The position numbers and the translations under genes are program-made. Below, one piece after another: positions 23,186 to 35,139 of a DNA stretch of 64,000 bases. This DNA comes from Bilabrum cf. latius. Lineage: Eukaryota. Position 1 is the stretch's first letter. Each line of letters opens with the position of its first letter. The notes under the pieces were generated by a model. The model ran no database searches. It was given only the letters and a program-made list of their open reading frames with translations, and was not told where the DNA came from. The stretch covers positions 1,860,001 to 1,924,000 of the forward strand of contig OZ237735.1 of NCBI GenBank assembly GCA_965178125.1, written 5' to 3'.

Positions 23186-25984
23186 ATGACGACCGAACAC
23201 ATATCTAACCCTGTTTATTTCTCAATAGCTCACAACTCTAAACAACCACTTATTAAGTCTTGGTAGAATTTGGAATCTACTAAACTTATCACCAGAAAGT
23301 CAAATCTTAATGTTGGATTACTAACTGGAAGACGTGCAGGTTTCTTTGTCCTTGACTTAGATTGTGAAAAAGAGAAAAATAAAACTGAATTTCAAAATGG
23401 TAAGTTTATTGCGGAATATGGTAGTGTTGATAAGTTTATTCAAGAGATGAATACTTACACTGTCAAGTCTCCCAATGGATATCATTTGTATTTTAAGTAT
23501 GAAGAAGAGTTTAGTAAGAGGTCAGTAAATAGAAAAGAACATATAGATGTGATCACAAATGATAGCTTTATCATGTGTCCTCCTAGCTCTATCAACGGTA
23601 AGAAATACGAACTAATACAAAAGACATCCGTGAAAAGAATACCAACTGACGTCAAGATGTTCATACTACAAAATATCTATTCACCACAACTTACAGCTGA
23701 AGACTACCGTTATATGATTAAACCCGAAGAATACAAACAATACTTATATCAATTAGGTAAAGAGTATTATTCTAATTCATATAACTGGCATCTAGTTTGT
23801 AGAGCTACAAGTTATATCGCTAAATACTTAAATCCAGTAGATGGTAATAAGGTATATGATATATTTGATGAATGGAGCAAACAAGACGTAGAAAGCTATT
23901 AGTCGACTAAGAACAAGATAATTTTTACTCGATTATTACAAAATTCCACTTTTCAATGTGTTGAATGGTTCTTTAATTAGTTAGATAGTGAAAAGAAACG
24001 ACTTAGCCTATATTATCGATACAAGATATTCAAGAATAAAGTAGTCAAGAAAGTCAATTAGAAGATTGACCGTAGATATTTGACTGCTGACGACAAAGGT
24101 CGTTATATTAAATTCTTTAAGAAAGGTATCAACTATGCCGTTAAGTCGGGGGCTGGTTCTGGAAAGACAACTGCTGCTAATGATTTATTTAATAGAGTAG
24201 ATGACAGCTTTTTATCAGTTGTTAGTCGTATTTTATTAGGTAAGCAATAGATGCGTAGTCTTCCAAAATCAACTAAATTCTATCAAGACCATAAATACAA
24301 ATAGGGTGATAGTATTGTTATTACTCCTGAAAGTATTGTTAGTCTTAGCAATTATAACTTTAAGGATTATATTGTCTTTTTAGATGAGTTTAATAGTATC
24401 TTAGAACACTGTTTAAGTTCTACGACTTTATATGGTAGGCGACCAATGAGTTTCATTACTCTTATTCGTGCTCTTACCACTTGTAAGTAGTTCATAGTAG
24501 CAGATGCTGACTTATCTCAAGATGCTCTATATTTCTTAGAATTATTAAAATTAGATTATCAATATATTAGGAATGACAGAAACAGGTTCAAGGGCACCAA
24601 AACTGTATTTGTTAATGACGAACAGACTTTTAGAGATGAGTTAATGAAACACAAGAAATTTATGCTTGCTAGTGATAGTAAGACAAAAGCTGATATAATC
24701 AATGAGTTAATTAGTCTTAAAATTATAGATAACGAGAAAGATAAGAAATTAAATAAAATCTTAATACTTACAGCAGAAAGCGAAGACAAAGACTATGATA
24801 TGGATTTGTTTGATATCATTATCTTCTCACCTAAAGTCATTTACGGGATAGATAGCACTATGACTAGACCAGTCTTTGGTTATTTCAAAGGTCATACTAT
24901 CACACCTCCCCAAATGGTTCAATAGCTTAACAGATGTAGAAACCCATCACATATCACTATATTTTTTGATTACTAGAAAGGACGATCTAGCACATATGAA
25001 AGTCTTTCACAAGTTAAATCTTTTATGGCTACCTCTTTAAAAGACTACGAAGAATTAGTTAAATTTGTCAGTGATACATATCCCGACTTCAACGAGGTAG
25101 AAGTAGAAGACAAAGTAGAAGAAGAAATGAGCAAAGTTAAAATCATATTCAAGAAACTATATCGTAATTATCTTTACAAGGTAGATTGTTATAAGACAAA
25201 CCCTAAATTACATATGATTAAGTAGTTAATTGATACCGGTTATGACGTGTCTTATGATTTATCTGTTAAGATCACCAGATGTAAGGATAAAGAAATCAAA
25301 GATACCATTAAAGAAAAACAACTTGAAAATTTTGATATTAATTGTCTTAATGTCAAGAAGATTAATAAATATTTAGACTTAGATGAAGGTGATATTGACA
25401 AATACAAAGAGTACTTTATTAATAAAGGTAAGTTATCTAATTTATTTAATTTCAATAAATTCTTTAGACAAGATGATAAGCACTTACTTGTGAAAGCAAT
25501 TAATAAAGGCGAGTTTGATATTATCAATGCTAAGTCTAGTTCTAGAAAATTAGTCTTACTTAATAAGATGATTGATACTTTAGGTCTTAAAAGAACTAAT
25601 CTTGATTATAATATCAAAAAGAAAGTATTAGATCAAGACTTAACAGATGAATATAGGACAGTGTATGACTGCCAAAGAAGAAGTAAAGTTGACTTATCCA
25701 CTGATAAAGGTCTTTATTACGAAATACTTAAAGTATATAAATCAATGTTTGGGAAAGACATATTTATGACTTGTAAGAAAAAGAAAATTAACTATGATGT
25801 AGAATTTAATTAGGATATTATTGATGAGATGGAATATATCTGGTCTAACAAGAAAAAGACTCGTGAAGTAGATATATTTGTTGATGATGAAGAGGTTCAA
25901 TTACCCGATGAAGAGATAGAGGTTGACTTAGACCCCGCTTTATTTGTTGATGAGGATAATGATCCACTAGAACAACAAAATTAA
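23186..25984 (+). CDS. Primase-polymerase + PriCT-like + origin-binding (UL9-like) SF2 helicase fusion (932 aa)
   Basis: NVGLLTG...FFVLDLD, KSPNGYHLYF, MCPPS (Prim-Pol); FDEWSK (PriCT-2-like); KSGAGSGKTT, SRILL, FLDEFNS, ADAD, SPKVIYGID, QQLNRCR. Confidence 0.85.
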
Positions 25985-26046
25985 ATTATGACTTATTAAT
26001 AAAAAACTTAATAAGACTTAATAATACATACCTTATATAAAATGAC

Positions 26047-26397
26047 TTAGTGGTCTCTTTTTGTCTTTTTAATTTTTTCTTCTCTCTTCTTCCTTTCACA
26101 TTCACTTCTTTCAACACGATACATCAGCTCCTAGACGTGTTTCACTTGCTCTTCATATTCTAACTGTTCCAATGTACTTTCGAGTTTCTTGATAATATTG
26201 TCGAATTTAAAACTAAAGACATTCTAACGATAACCATCACCTTTGTCTTTTGGTTTCATCCATACATATTTATCAAAGTGATTCTCAATACTTTTACCTA
26301 TACTACTGACTACATCATCGACACCTACACCTTTAACAAGACATTCATCTATAAAATTTTGAGATAGTTCAATTTTGATATCTTCTTTATCTGACAT
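26047..26397 (-). CDS. Virophage hypothetical protein (116 aa, MSDKED...)
   Basis: Open with TAG=Gln; preceded by CGCCAAAA...CTATATATATAG. Confidence 0.7.
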
Positions 26398-27122
26398 TAC
26401 TATATATATAGTGGATATTTTTTGGCGAAAGTAATAAACTAGTCTTAAGATATGACCGCCCGAAATTGCGGTAATATTATAGCTATTTAAGATATATTTC
26501 CGCAATTCTGGGCGCGTACGTGTATTGAATTTATTTAGTTATCTTTCAAGTGGTCAAATTGATCTGTATCACCTTTTTTGATACTCTCAATTGAACCAAT
26601 ATTGCTATTGATTACTAGATCTCGTATGCTCATCATTATAATTGGAAATGTTGACAACATAACATCATCATTTGAATAGTCTTTTTTGTTTAAATCTATT
26701 TCTTTCAAGTACTTAATAAGGTCTCTCTCTGTTTTAAATATATCTGTGTCGTCTTCTAATTTTCCATTTTCATTAACCAGTAATAGCTCAAACTCATCCT
26801 TATCTGCTTCTTTTACAAATGAAATAGATACAAACTTATCAATATCCTTTTTGTTATCTACGAATAAGTAATTAAGTTGTTTAAGCTGTTCACCTTGAGT
26901 TATTCGATATCCCTAATAGAATTCAACACCAGTGAAACATATATCATCAACTTGTTTAATTAAATGGAAGTCTAAATTATCTGACATTACTATATATATA
27001 GTGGATATTTTTTGGCGAAAGTAATAAACTAGTCTTAAGATATGACCGCCCGAAATTGCGGTAATATTATAGCTATTTAAGATATATTTCCGCAATTCTG
27101 GGCGCGTAGGTGTATTGAATTT
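26387..27122. repeat. 146-bp direct repeat (26387-26532; 26977-27122): palindrome + promoter + start codon
   Basis: One mismatch seen between copies; each supplies the Met-Ser-Asp start of a different ORF. Confidence 0.9.
26535..26987 (-). CDS. Virophage hypothetical protein (150 aa, MSDNLD...)
   Basis: Open with TAG=Gln to TAA; same upstream module as the neighbouring gene. Confidence 0.7.
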
Positions 27123-27162
27123 TTAAATTTATTTGAATATAATATTTTTTACCTCTTGGTGC

Positions 27163-27475
27163 GTTGTGGTCTTGGTCTAGTGATATCGTGATTGTTTCAC
27201 AAAGTCAAGGTCGTGGGTTCGATTCCCACCACTGACATCGCCGTGAGTCGTTCTGTAAGTCATACTTATGACAAAGCACACGTCTTGCAAGTCTTTGAAG
27301 GGAGTTTGGATACTGTAGAAGTAGTCGTAAGTGGTTGTAGCAGACTTAGTCGTAAGACTTAATAGGGTTTCAGGTGCATCAGTTCACGTTCTGGCTCCGC
27401 TACAACAATGACTTACGAATGACTTCGCCAAGTAGTCAAACCATCGGTATAATTACTAGCTCAAAGAATTTTTTT
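27163..27475 (+). ncRNA. Putative Pol III ncRNA: degenerate tRNA-like head + long structured body + T7 terminator
   Basis: A-box-like TGGTCTAGTG, T-arm GTGGG-TTCGATT-CCCAC; helices 27246-27263/27408-27424 and 27334-27341/27399-27406; GTAA tetraloop 27348-27359; TTTTTTT 27469-27475. Confidence 0.55.
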
Positions 27476-27480
27476 AATAA

Positions 27481-27903
27481 TTAATCCATATTAGGGGGTT
27501 TCTTATACAAGATAGCAGGGTCGCATCCATTTGTTGGAAAGTCTGCTGGATACCACCCCCATACTACTTTATAAATATCTGTGCTGGTGTCGTGTTCAAC
27601 TTTATGATAAAAAATACAATCATAATGAATACCATTCTAATTACGCACCTCTTGCTCCATCTCTTCAATTATCTATCCTACCTTTAACTTTGTAAAGCCT
27701 CCTTCACTTACATATGTCTTTATATGACCTCTATTATTTACCTATATCTAATCTTTATCTATTACAATGTCTTCAGGATCTCCTTCAAGTTCATCATCTA
27801 AGTAAACCTTTTGAGATTTAAGTGTTGGGTCTTCTCTATGTGGTAAGAATAAGAATGAATACTCCATATAAAGTAAGTCTTCACACGGTGATACTGCTGC
27901 CAT
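27481..27903 (-). CDS. Virophage hypothetical protein (140 aa)
   Basis: Absent from the ORF track; open with TAG=Gln; CGCCAAAA/TATATATAG motif upstream. Confidence 0.7.
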
Positions 27904-28090
27904 AACTATATATATAGTGGATATTTTTTGGCGTAATATTTAAACTAGTCTTAAGGTATGACCGCCCCAAATTGCGGTAATATTATAGCTATTCAAGATA
28001 TATTTTCGCAATTCTGGGCGCGTACCCGTATTGAGTTTTTAAATTTAGTCAATATTTATAACTTTTAAATATTAATTAATAATTTACGAC

Positions 28091-29977
28091 TCACATATTG
28101 AGCTACTTTCTAAGTTTCATAAGTTGAGCCTTAGTTAATTTCTTACCTCCACTGGTCAAAAGACTTCCACCACTAGTTAAAAGACCTGCTCCAACACGTT
28201 CAGCTAAGTCATTCACTTCATCGGGTAAGTATTCACTTACTGCTTGCCTTGCTTTACGAAGAGCTGGTTTCACTTTATCAAATTTAGCTTTAGCTTTCTT
28301 TCCAAAGTCTACCACTTTACGTCCTAAGTCTTTAGCTTTGTTAAAGGCTCTCTTAAAGAATTGCATCACTTTACGACGTCTTCCACCTAATACGTTCTTA
28401 GAGTAGTTCATATTAGAAAATGTATAATTAGAAGGTTTAGCCACTTTCTCAGGGTCAACAGAAGCACTATCTTCACGCCATTCAATAGCGGCACCTCTAG
28501 TATTCACGATAATCTTGTCATAGGCACAGAATAATTGAGCTTTATATCCTTGAGACATAGCAGCGGTTGGGGGTTCGTCATAGGCTACTTGAACACGAAT
28601 ACTAATAGGGTCAGCACTGTTGCTTTGAATAGTTTCAGGAGTATTTAAATCACTAAGTCTAAATAAGAGCCAGCCATTAGATCCGTATACTTTAGAAGCA
28701 CCTCCTACAGTTACATCTAAGTTAGTAAAAGAAGCATACTCACTATTTGATCCATTTCTTTCACTAAGTCTAAAGATATCGTCTTGTGTAAGTTCTCCTA
28801 AAATAGAACCCTAAGACCTAAGTTGTACTTTAATATTGTTAATGGCAAGTGTTCTATGAGGTGTACCACTAGCTTCTCCATATTGAGAATCAACTAAGCA
28901 CACAGCAAACCAAGAAGGGCAAGTCTAAAGTTGATAATTATTAAAAGTATGGACACCTTTAGTAGTGATAGGATTATCAAGTTTAGGCTCTTCATGTAGT
29001 TCAAAGTCAACAGAGTTGTAGAATATTTGTTTAGGTACTTTCTTCAAGAAGTTAAGATGAGTATTATAAGTAAAGACATCAAAATGGATCTAGCAATCGG
29101 ATAAAGCAAAAGCATAGTCTCCATTCCAATCACTTGAAGTATTAAACATCTTATCAATTAAGTTATTTCTCATTTGTAAATTAACATTTAATTGTGGATG
29201 ATCAACAAAAGGTCTAGCATTACCACCCATCATATATTGGAAAGGACGTGCAAGAAGTGCTTCAGAGATTTCAATATGTAATTTGACATAGTCTTGAGTT
29301 GGTGTTACATTATTATTAGGTATTGGAGTATTAGCATCCACTTTTTCAAGTGTTGCGCGGTAATTCTTACCAGGACCGCGAGCTTCCATAATACTATCAT
29401 CATTTACACCCCATTGAAGGACAGACTTAGCAAGACCATTTGCGGCAGTATTAAATTCCCAAGTGTTATCAGCCTAAAAGACAGGACTTATTTGTGCTAG
29501 AGTGGCACGGTCAAGACTTCTAGCTATTAAATTGACTAATTGATAAGGTGATGAACTACGAGATAAGTCTCCCATTTTAACTGTGGAACTTGTGATCATT
29601 GAATTTACCATAAATGTAGAAGGGGCTACCTTATTGACGATATCAGTTTGAGCTACTGCTCCATTGTTCTAACTATCATAGATGTATACGTCAAATGAAA
29701 CTCTTAGACGGGGATTACTGTCAGTCATTCCTTGATTTGATGGCACGACAAAAGTGTAATTACTTCTAAATGCATTAGTTGCGCTAGAGTTACCACCATC
29801 TGGTTCATAGTGGTTTTGGAACTTGGAAGAGTATCCAAGGGTAGTTCCTAGAGTAATAGCTTGACTATCACCCACAAAGTTGAGTTTTTCGTCAGCTATT
29901 TGAGTTACTGGTAGTTCTGAGACGTCATCTACGACTTTGCTTTGTGCTGCTACAGGTACATTATCCATATCAGACAT
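28091..29977 (-). CDS. Virophage major capsid protein (628 aa)
   Basis: Three track ORFs in one frame joined by TAG. Size and segments (YTFVVPS...DS..LR, ISEALLARPF, LQTCPSWFAVC, IFRLSEKNGS, C-terminal GG tail) resemble virophage double-jelly-roll MCPs; adjacent to penton. Confidence 0.85.
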
Positions 29978-30019
29978 TATAAATATATTAAGACTAAAGA
30001 TATTTATTTATTTTTTACT

Positions 30020-30946
30020 TTAAGTTATTAACTTTTTACTTTTAAATAGAGCTTTTATATTAAGTCCTTGTCCAAAAGTAAAGGGTATTTCGTATAAGTT
30101 TCCAAAAGTATCTCTAAAATACGGTACTATACTATAACTATTAAATGCTGATCTATAGAACTATTGCCATCTATGATTTCCTCCACTACTAAAGTTTATT
30201 TTAATAAAACTCGTTCCTGTTGTATTGTCTATCTTGAAATCACTTAAGATATTTTCACTTTGTATCTCTGTACTAGATGTACTTTTATATGATGGCGTAA
30301 ATTCTGGAAGTATTGGAAGTGATGGACTAATAATTTGAATATACTCCATAGTAGGAAACTAATCTAAGGTAGAAGCACTCTATTCATTATATCCATCTAA
30401 TAGATTTATATAAGTATCACTCTTGATGTCTTTACCTTCATCGTCATATTCAAATGTCTCAAATATAGAGAATAAAGGAAAGTTAAAACTTAAAGTCCAC
30501 GCACTTGTAAAAGCCGCTAAACGGGTGAAACTAAAAGTTTTAGTCTTACCGTGATATTCAAATACTATACTATCAGTTGGAATACTAGCATCTCCACATA
30601 AATCACTAAGAGTATTATTAAATTCATTAGATAGGGTCTTAAGACTATAATATAACGACTTGGTTAAGACAATATTACGAGTGTAAGTAGTTCCATCACT
30701 CTTCTTCACAAACGACATCTTATAAATTGACTAATTATCGCTATTCTTTACTTCTTTACTTGCTACAAATAAAGGAATACGACATTTAAGAGTCCATCGG
30801 TCAAGTGATAATAAGTAGTTTTGTGAATTTGTCAAGATATTACCTTGACGCTGTTCATGTATTGATACTGGTCTATTAGTATTAATAGATGTTATAGTAT
30901 CCTATGAGTTAATATAAAAGATATCTGGTTCTTGAATCTCTACCAT
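30020..30946 (-). CDS. Minor capsid (penton) protein (308 aa)
   Basis: EQRQGNILTNSQNYLLSLDRW, ILSDF and RDTFGNLYEI...IKALFK resemble virophage pentons; lies directly upstream of MCP. Confidence 0.8.
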
Positions 30947-31306
30947 TCTATAACATTTATCAAGAAAATAAGTCTTGTCTAATGCCCCAAATTGCGGTAA
31001 TATTATAGCTATTTAAGATATATTTCCGCAATTCTGGGCGCGTACCCGTATTGACTTTTTGAAAAAGTTTTTATTAATTATTTGACTCATTGAAAAAATC
31101 CAATATTCCGAAATTTTAAAAATTTAGTATCTTAAGATATAGTATAATACCAGCGCCCCAAATTGCGATAATATATTAGGATATTAAGATATATTTCCGC
31201 AATTCTGGGCGCGTACCCGTATTCATTTTTATATTTTAGTCTTTTTAATATGGCCACCTTATAGATATCAATTTTCAATATCTAAAAATTTATGGTATAT
31301 GTCATA

Positions 31307-31855
31307 TTAACTAATTATCAAAGTAATAAGTTCATCATTATCTAGTCCTCCTCCATACTTTTTAAAAGCCTTCTTTAATTGACTATTAAACTAATCATTC
31401 GTTAAATTATGAAAGAGAAGTCTGAGCACACTCCACCGACCGCATGTGGCAGAGTTATTTGATATTAATTGATTCTTTTGATTTGAATAGTCAACATTAA
31501 TACCAGCATCTAATACGTGATCTATTAGAAGACTACTTCTATCATATAGCTTCTATGGGTCTATGACTCCTCCTACGACTGGAATATGAGTATCAGGTAA
31601 TTGACCATAACTATCCCAAAAATAAAGAGTATTCTTTGATTTATTAAATATGACCGCAGTATAATGACCGCTCATTGTTGCTCCTTCTACTAAGTTAGGA
31701 TAATAAAGGACAAATAAAGGATTTTCATCTAGAAATTGTCTGATGTTATTAGTATCACTTATTTCTTCATACATTATAACTGGTATATGCTACTTTGTAA
31801 ATGTAAAGTATAGTCTTTGTACCTCTTCAGGACTTAATGCAGTGGTTATATCCAT
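31307..31855 (-). CDS. Adenain-like maturation cysteine protease (182 aa)
   Basis: GHYTA, FWDSYG, Q...ATCGRWS catalytic motifs. Confidence 0.9.
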
Positions 31856-31874
31856 ATACTTAATACTAAGAAAA

Positions 31875-32942
31875 TTAATATACGAACATCTATTTAGGAC
31901 AAGTGATAAAATTATAAGTCTTATTAATACATAGCCATCTATTACCTTCTCCAAACAATTTATAAACACGATTTATAAGACTTGCATCAAATCCTAAATA
32001 TGCTTTCATTAAATATTTGCTAAATTTCCATAGATTTCTCTTAAATAAAATAATATTATGACTTTCCATGACTATTGACCTAGTATTCGCATAATCATTC
32101 GTTAAATGACTTATAACTATCATATTTGTTGAGCTATGTCTTCCAACTTCACCTATACGCTTAATTAAGAATAACGCTCTCTACTTTTTATCACCGTTTA
32201 AGGCTTCATAATCATCAAATACCACCACAGAAGGACCCTATTTTGCCCATTCTTCATACAATGGAGTAGTGGTAAATGATGCCTTTGTCTTGTCTTTACT
32301 TGTTGGTTTCATTCTTTCTATCTCTATCTCTCTTTTAATTAATTCATGAGGTTCTAATGACTTCTTTTCCTACCTAAAGAATATCTTTTCTTCTTTGTAT
32401 TTCCTCATTAAGTCATCATAACTATCGTTTCTATCTACTGCTACTAATTTATCAATATCAATAAAATTACCATATTTTAAATAAGTTGGATTTGTTTCCT
32501 GTACTGGTGTAATGACTAAAACCCTCTTCTTTGGAATGAACATATGATAATACTTGAGTAAAGACTTAGCAATATAAGACTTACCAGCACCAGCCTAACC
32601 ACTTAAATAGTGTATTTGTCTTTTGGTCTCATCATCAAAGAATGGGACTATTTCAAACTAACTCTTATCATCTATTCTTAACTCGTTAGTCTTTCTAACT
32701 AGTTTTTTATTTCCATTCACTAGCTTACACATCTCTTCACGTAATGCTTTTTTATTCTTCTCATATTTAATTGCTCTCTTTCCATAATACTCTTCAAGTA
32801 AATCATCACTTATATCTTCTGGAGTTATGACTTTTTCCCCTACATCTTCACTAAAAAAGACGCTTTTGTTCCTCTTCTTGTGCTTGTATTCTCTTAAAGC
32901 AACTAAATGACTATTTGGTATTTCATCGTATGATAATGACAT
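31875..32942 (-). CDS. A32/FtsK-like DNA packaging ATPase (355 aa)
   Basis: Walker A G[TAG=Q]AGAGKS, Walker B VVVFDD, GRH, VISH. Confidence 0.9.
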
Positions 32943-33087
32943 TATATACTATATGTTAATATTTATTATTTTTCTAATAATTAGTGGGTTCAAAAGGTAT
33001 ATTGTGAGAAGTAGCCATTTCAAATATTCATTTTAGAGTGCACAGTCTTAAGAATATGATTAAAATATCATATAAATATATAGAATT

Positions 33088-33609
33088 ATGGATCACAAAC
33101 TTCTAATTTCAAAAAGATATATTAAATCATTTTATAAGTACTCATGTAAAGTTAATTAGTACTATAAGAAAGCAGAAGAGTAGCGTAATATGATGACAAC
33201 TGATAGAGTAGATTGCTATACTAATTATATAACTTGTCTTCTAATTGCTCGTAAGTATAGAGAATGTATTATCAATTGCAGTAAAAAGTACTATTATGAT
33301 ATGGACTTTACGTTAAATGATAACGGATATGTATCGTCTTCTTTTGATCACTTAAAAACATTCAACTTTGACTATGCTAATTCAATGAAAATAAATGAAT
33401 GTATAGAACAATTTAAACAATCCGTTGAGTGGGAAAGGTTATTTAAAAAAGACTTTTTTCAAATGTAGTTAATTTATGAATATCTAAAATTTTTCAGACT
33501 TAAGTGCTATTTACATGACATACGACCAGATAATCCCCTCCATCCGACAGAAAAAGTTAATAAACTTAACGAAGAAGACATTGACGAGCTATTTTATAGT
33601 GACTGGTGA
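33088..33609 (+). CDS. Virophage hypothetical protein (173 aa)
   Basis: Open with TAG=Gln from ATG 33088 to TGA; palindrome immediately after the stop. Confidence 0.65.
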
Positions 33610-33803
33610 GACGACCGCCCCAAATTGCGGTAATATTATAGCTATTTAAGATATATTTGTGCAATTCTGGGCGCGTAGGCTGTTAGAGGTTTTACATTTT
33701 CGGGTCAATCTAATGAAAATCTCACAATATAGGGCGCCCCAAATTGCGGAAATATATAAGTATCAAGAAAATTATGTCTGCAATTCTGGGCGTTTAGGTG
33801 TAT

Positions 33804-34622
33804 TCAATTATGTGAAACTAATTTAACGACCCTTTTATTGAGCTAGTCTTCTAAATATTTAATTATAATACTTACATCTTTACTATTGAACGTATTAAAG
33901 TATTGATATACTGGTTTAATAAGTCCTAATTTACGTACATCATTCTTAAGTCTATCAATAACTCTATTTTTTAATTTAAATGGAACTGTTGGAAGTAATA
34001 AACTTTTTAATCTTGTAATAGTCAAGTAAAGAAAGCCTACATCGGGATTCTTTATAAGTTGTTCAATCTCTTCCTGTTTCTTCTTTTGCCCTAATTCGTC
34101 ATATATAACATCTAGTCTTTTTAATATCTTGAAATATTTTCGTTCTTTTTGTAAGTCTTTTATGTCATCTATCATCCTATCTGCTACTTGTTTAGGCTTC
34201 ATTTTCAATATCTTACCTCCAATATCATATAATATACTAACCTCTTCAATATATCCAGTATAGACCCAACTTTCAACGAATATCATAGGATTATTCTACT
34301 ATTTTAAAGATTTTAATATTTTAGGTCTATTAGTATCAAGAAATGTATCTAAAGAGACGCCATTATCATCATATTCAACGTTATAAATATGTATTAATCT
34401 ACTACCTCTTAAGGTCTTTAATTCATTTATAACACTATTGACATCAGACAATTTAACGGGAGAGTATAGGTCTATGTCTCCAGCCCAAAGTGAAAGCATA
34501 TTATGAGTAAATGAATATGAACCATTTAAATAAATATCACTTCTATTTATTTTAAAAGACTTGAATATCTTATTATCAAATCGTGAATAATACTTTAGCT
34601 ACTACTTTGTTAATTTAACCAT
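33804..34622 (-). CDS. Putative Pol-beta-like nucleotidyltransferase-fold protein (272 aa)
   Basis: YLNGSY...AGDIDL (GS...DxD) near the N-terminus; two track ORFs joined by TAG. Confidence 0.6.
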
Positions 34623-34656
34623 ATATTAATAAGAAATATTATAGTTCTTTATTATA

Positions 34657-35100
34657 ATGGACGATTTCATAAGACAAAGACTATAGCAACTAGGTAAATC
34701 ACCCTCTAATGCCAAAGTCAACAATTTAAAAGACGAATTTAAGCAAAAACTACTTGAATTATTTGAAGACTATCAAATGAATGGTGTTCAAGGTGGTTCA
34801 AAAGTTGGACGCTTTTTTAAAAAAGTAGGTCGTAAATTCAAGAAAGTAGGGCGAACAATTAAAAAAGGTATTAAAAGTAATGTAGGAAAGGCAATACGAA
34901 CAGGTCTTAAGTTTGTAGCCCCTGAAGTTGGTGTCCCTCTTGATGCTGCACTTAAGACTGTAGGACTTGGAAAGGCTAAGCGTAAGAGGAAACCTAATCC
35001 AAAAGCTAAAGCAAGAGGTAAATTAGTGAGTGCGGTAATGAAGAAGTATGGCGTAAGTCTAGGAGAAGCAAGTAAAATATTAAAAGAAAATGGTATGTAA
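34657..35100 (+). CDS. Basic virion core-like protein (147 aa)
   Basis: VQGG followed by amphipathic KVGRFFKKVGRKFKKVG; Lys/Arg-rich; C-terminal VMKKYGVSLGEASK. Confidence 0.7.
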
Positions 35101-35139
35101 ATTTAATAATATTATCTATTATCATAATATAATTATACG

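Noticed and set aside
27163-27237. Functional tRNA or amber-decoding tRNA-Gln(CUA)
   Set aside because: The acceptor stem pairs poorly and the loop contains no CTA; kept only as a tRNA-like head.
27240-27430. Group I intron
   Set aside because: No recognisable P/Q/R/S core motifs.
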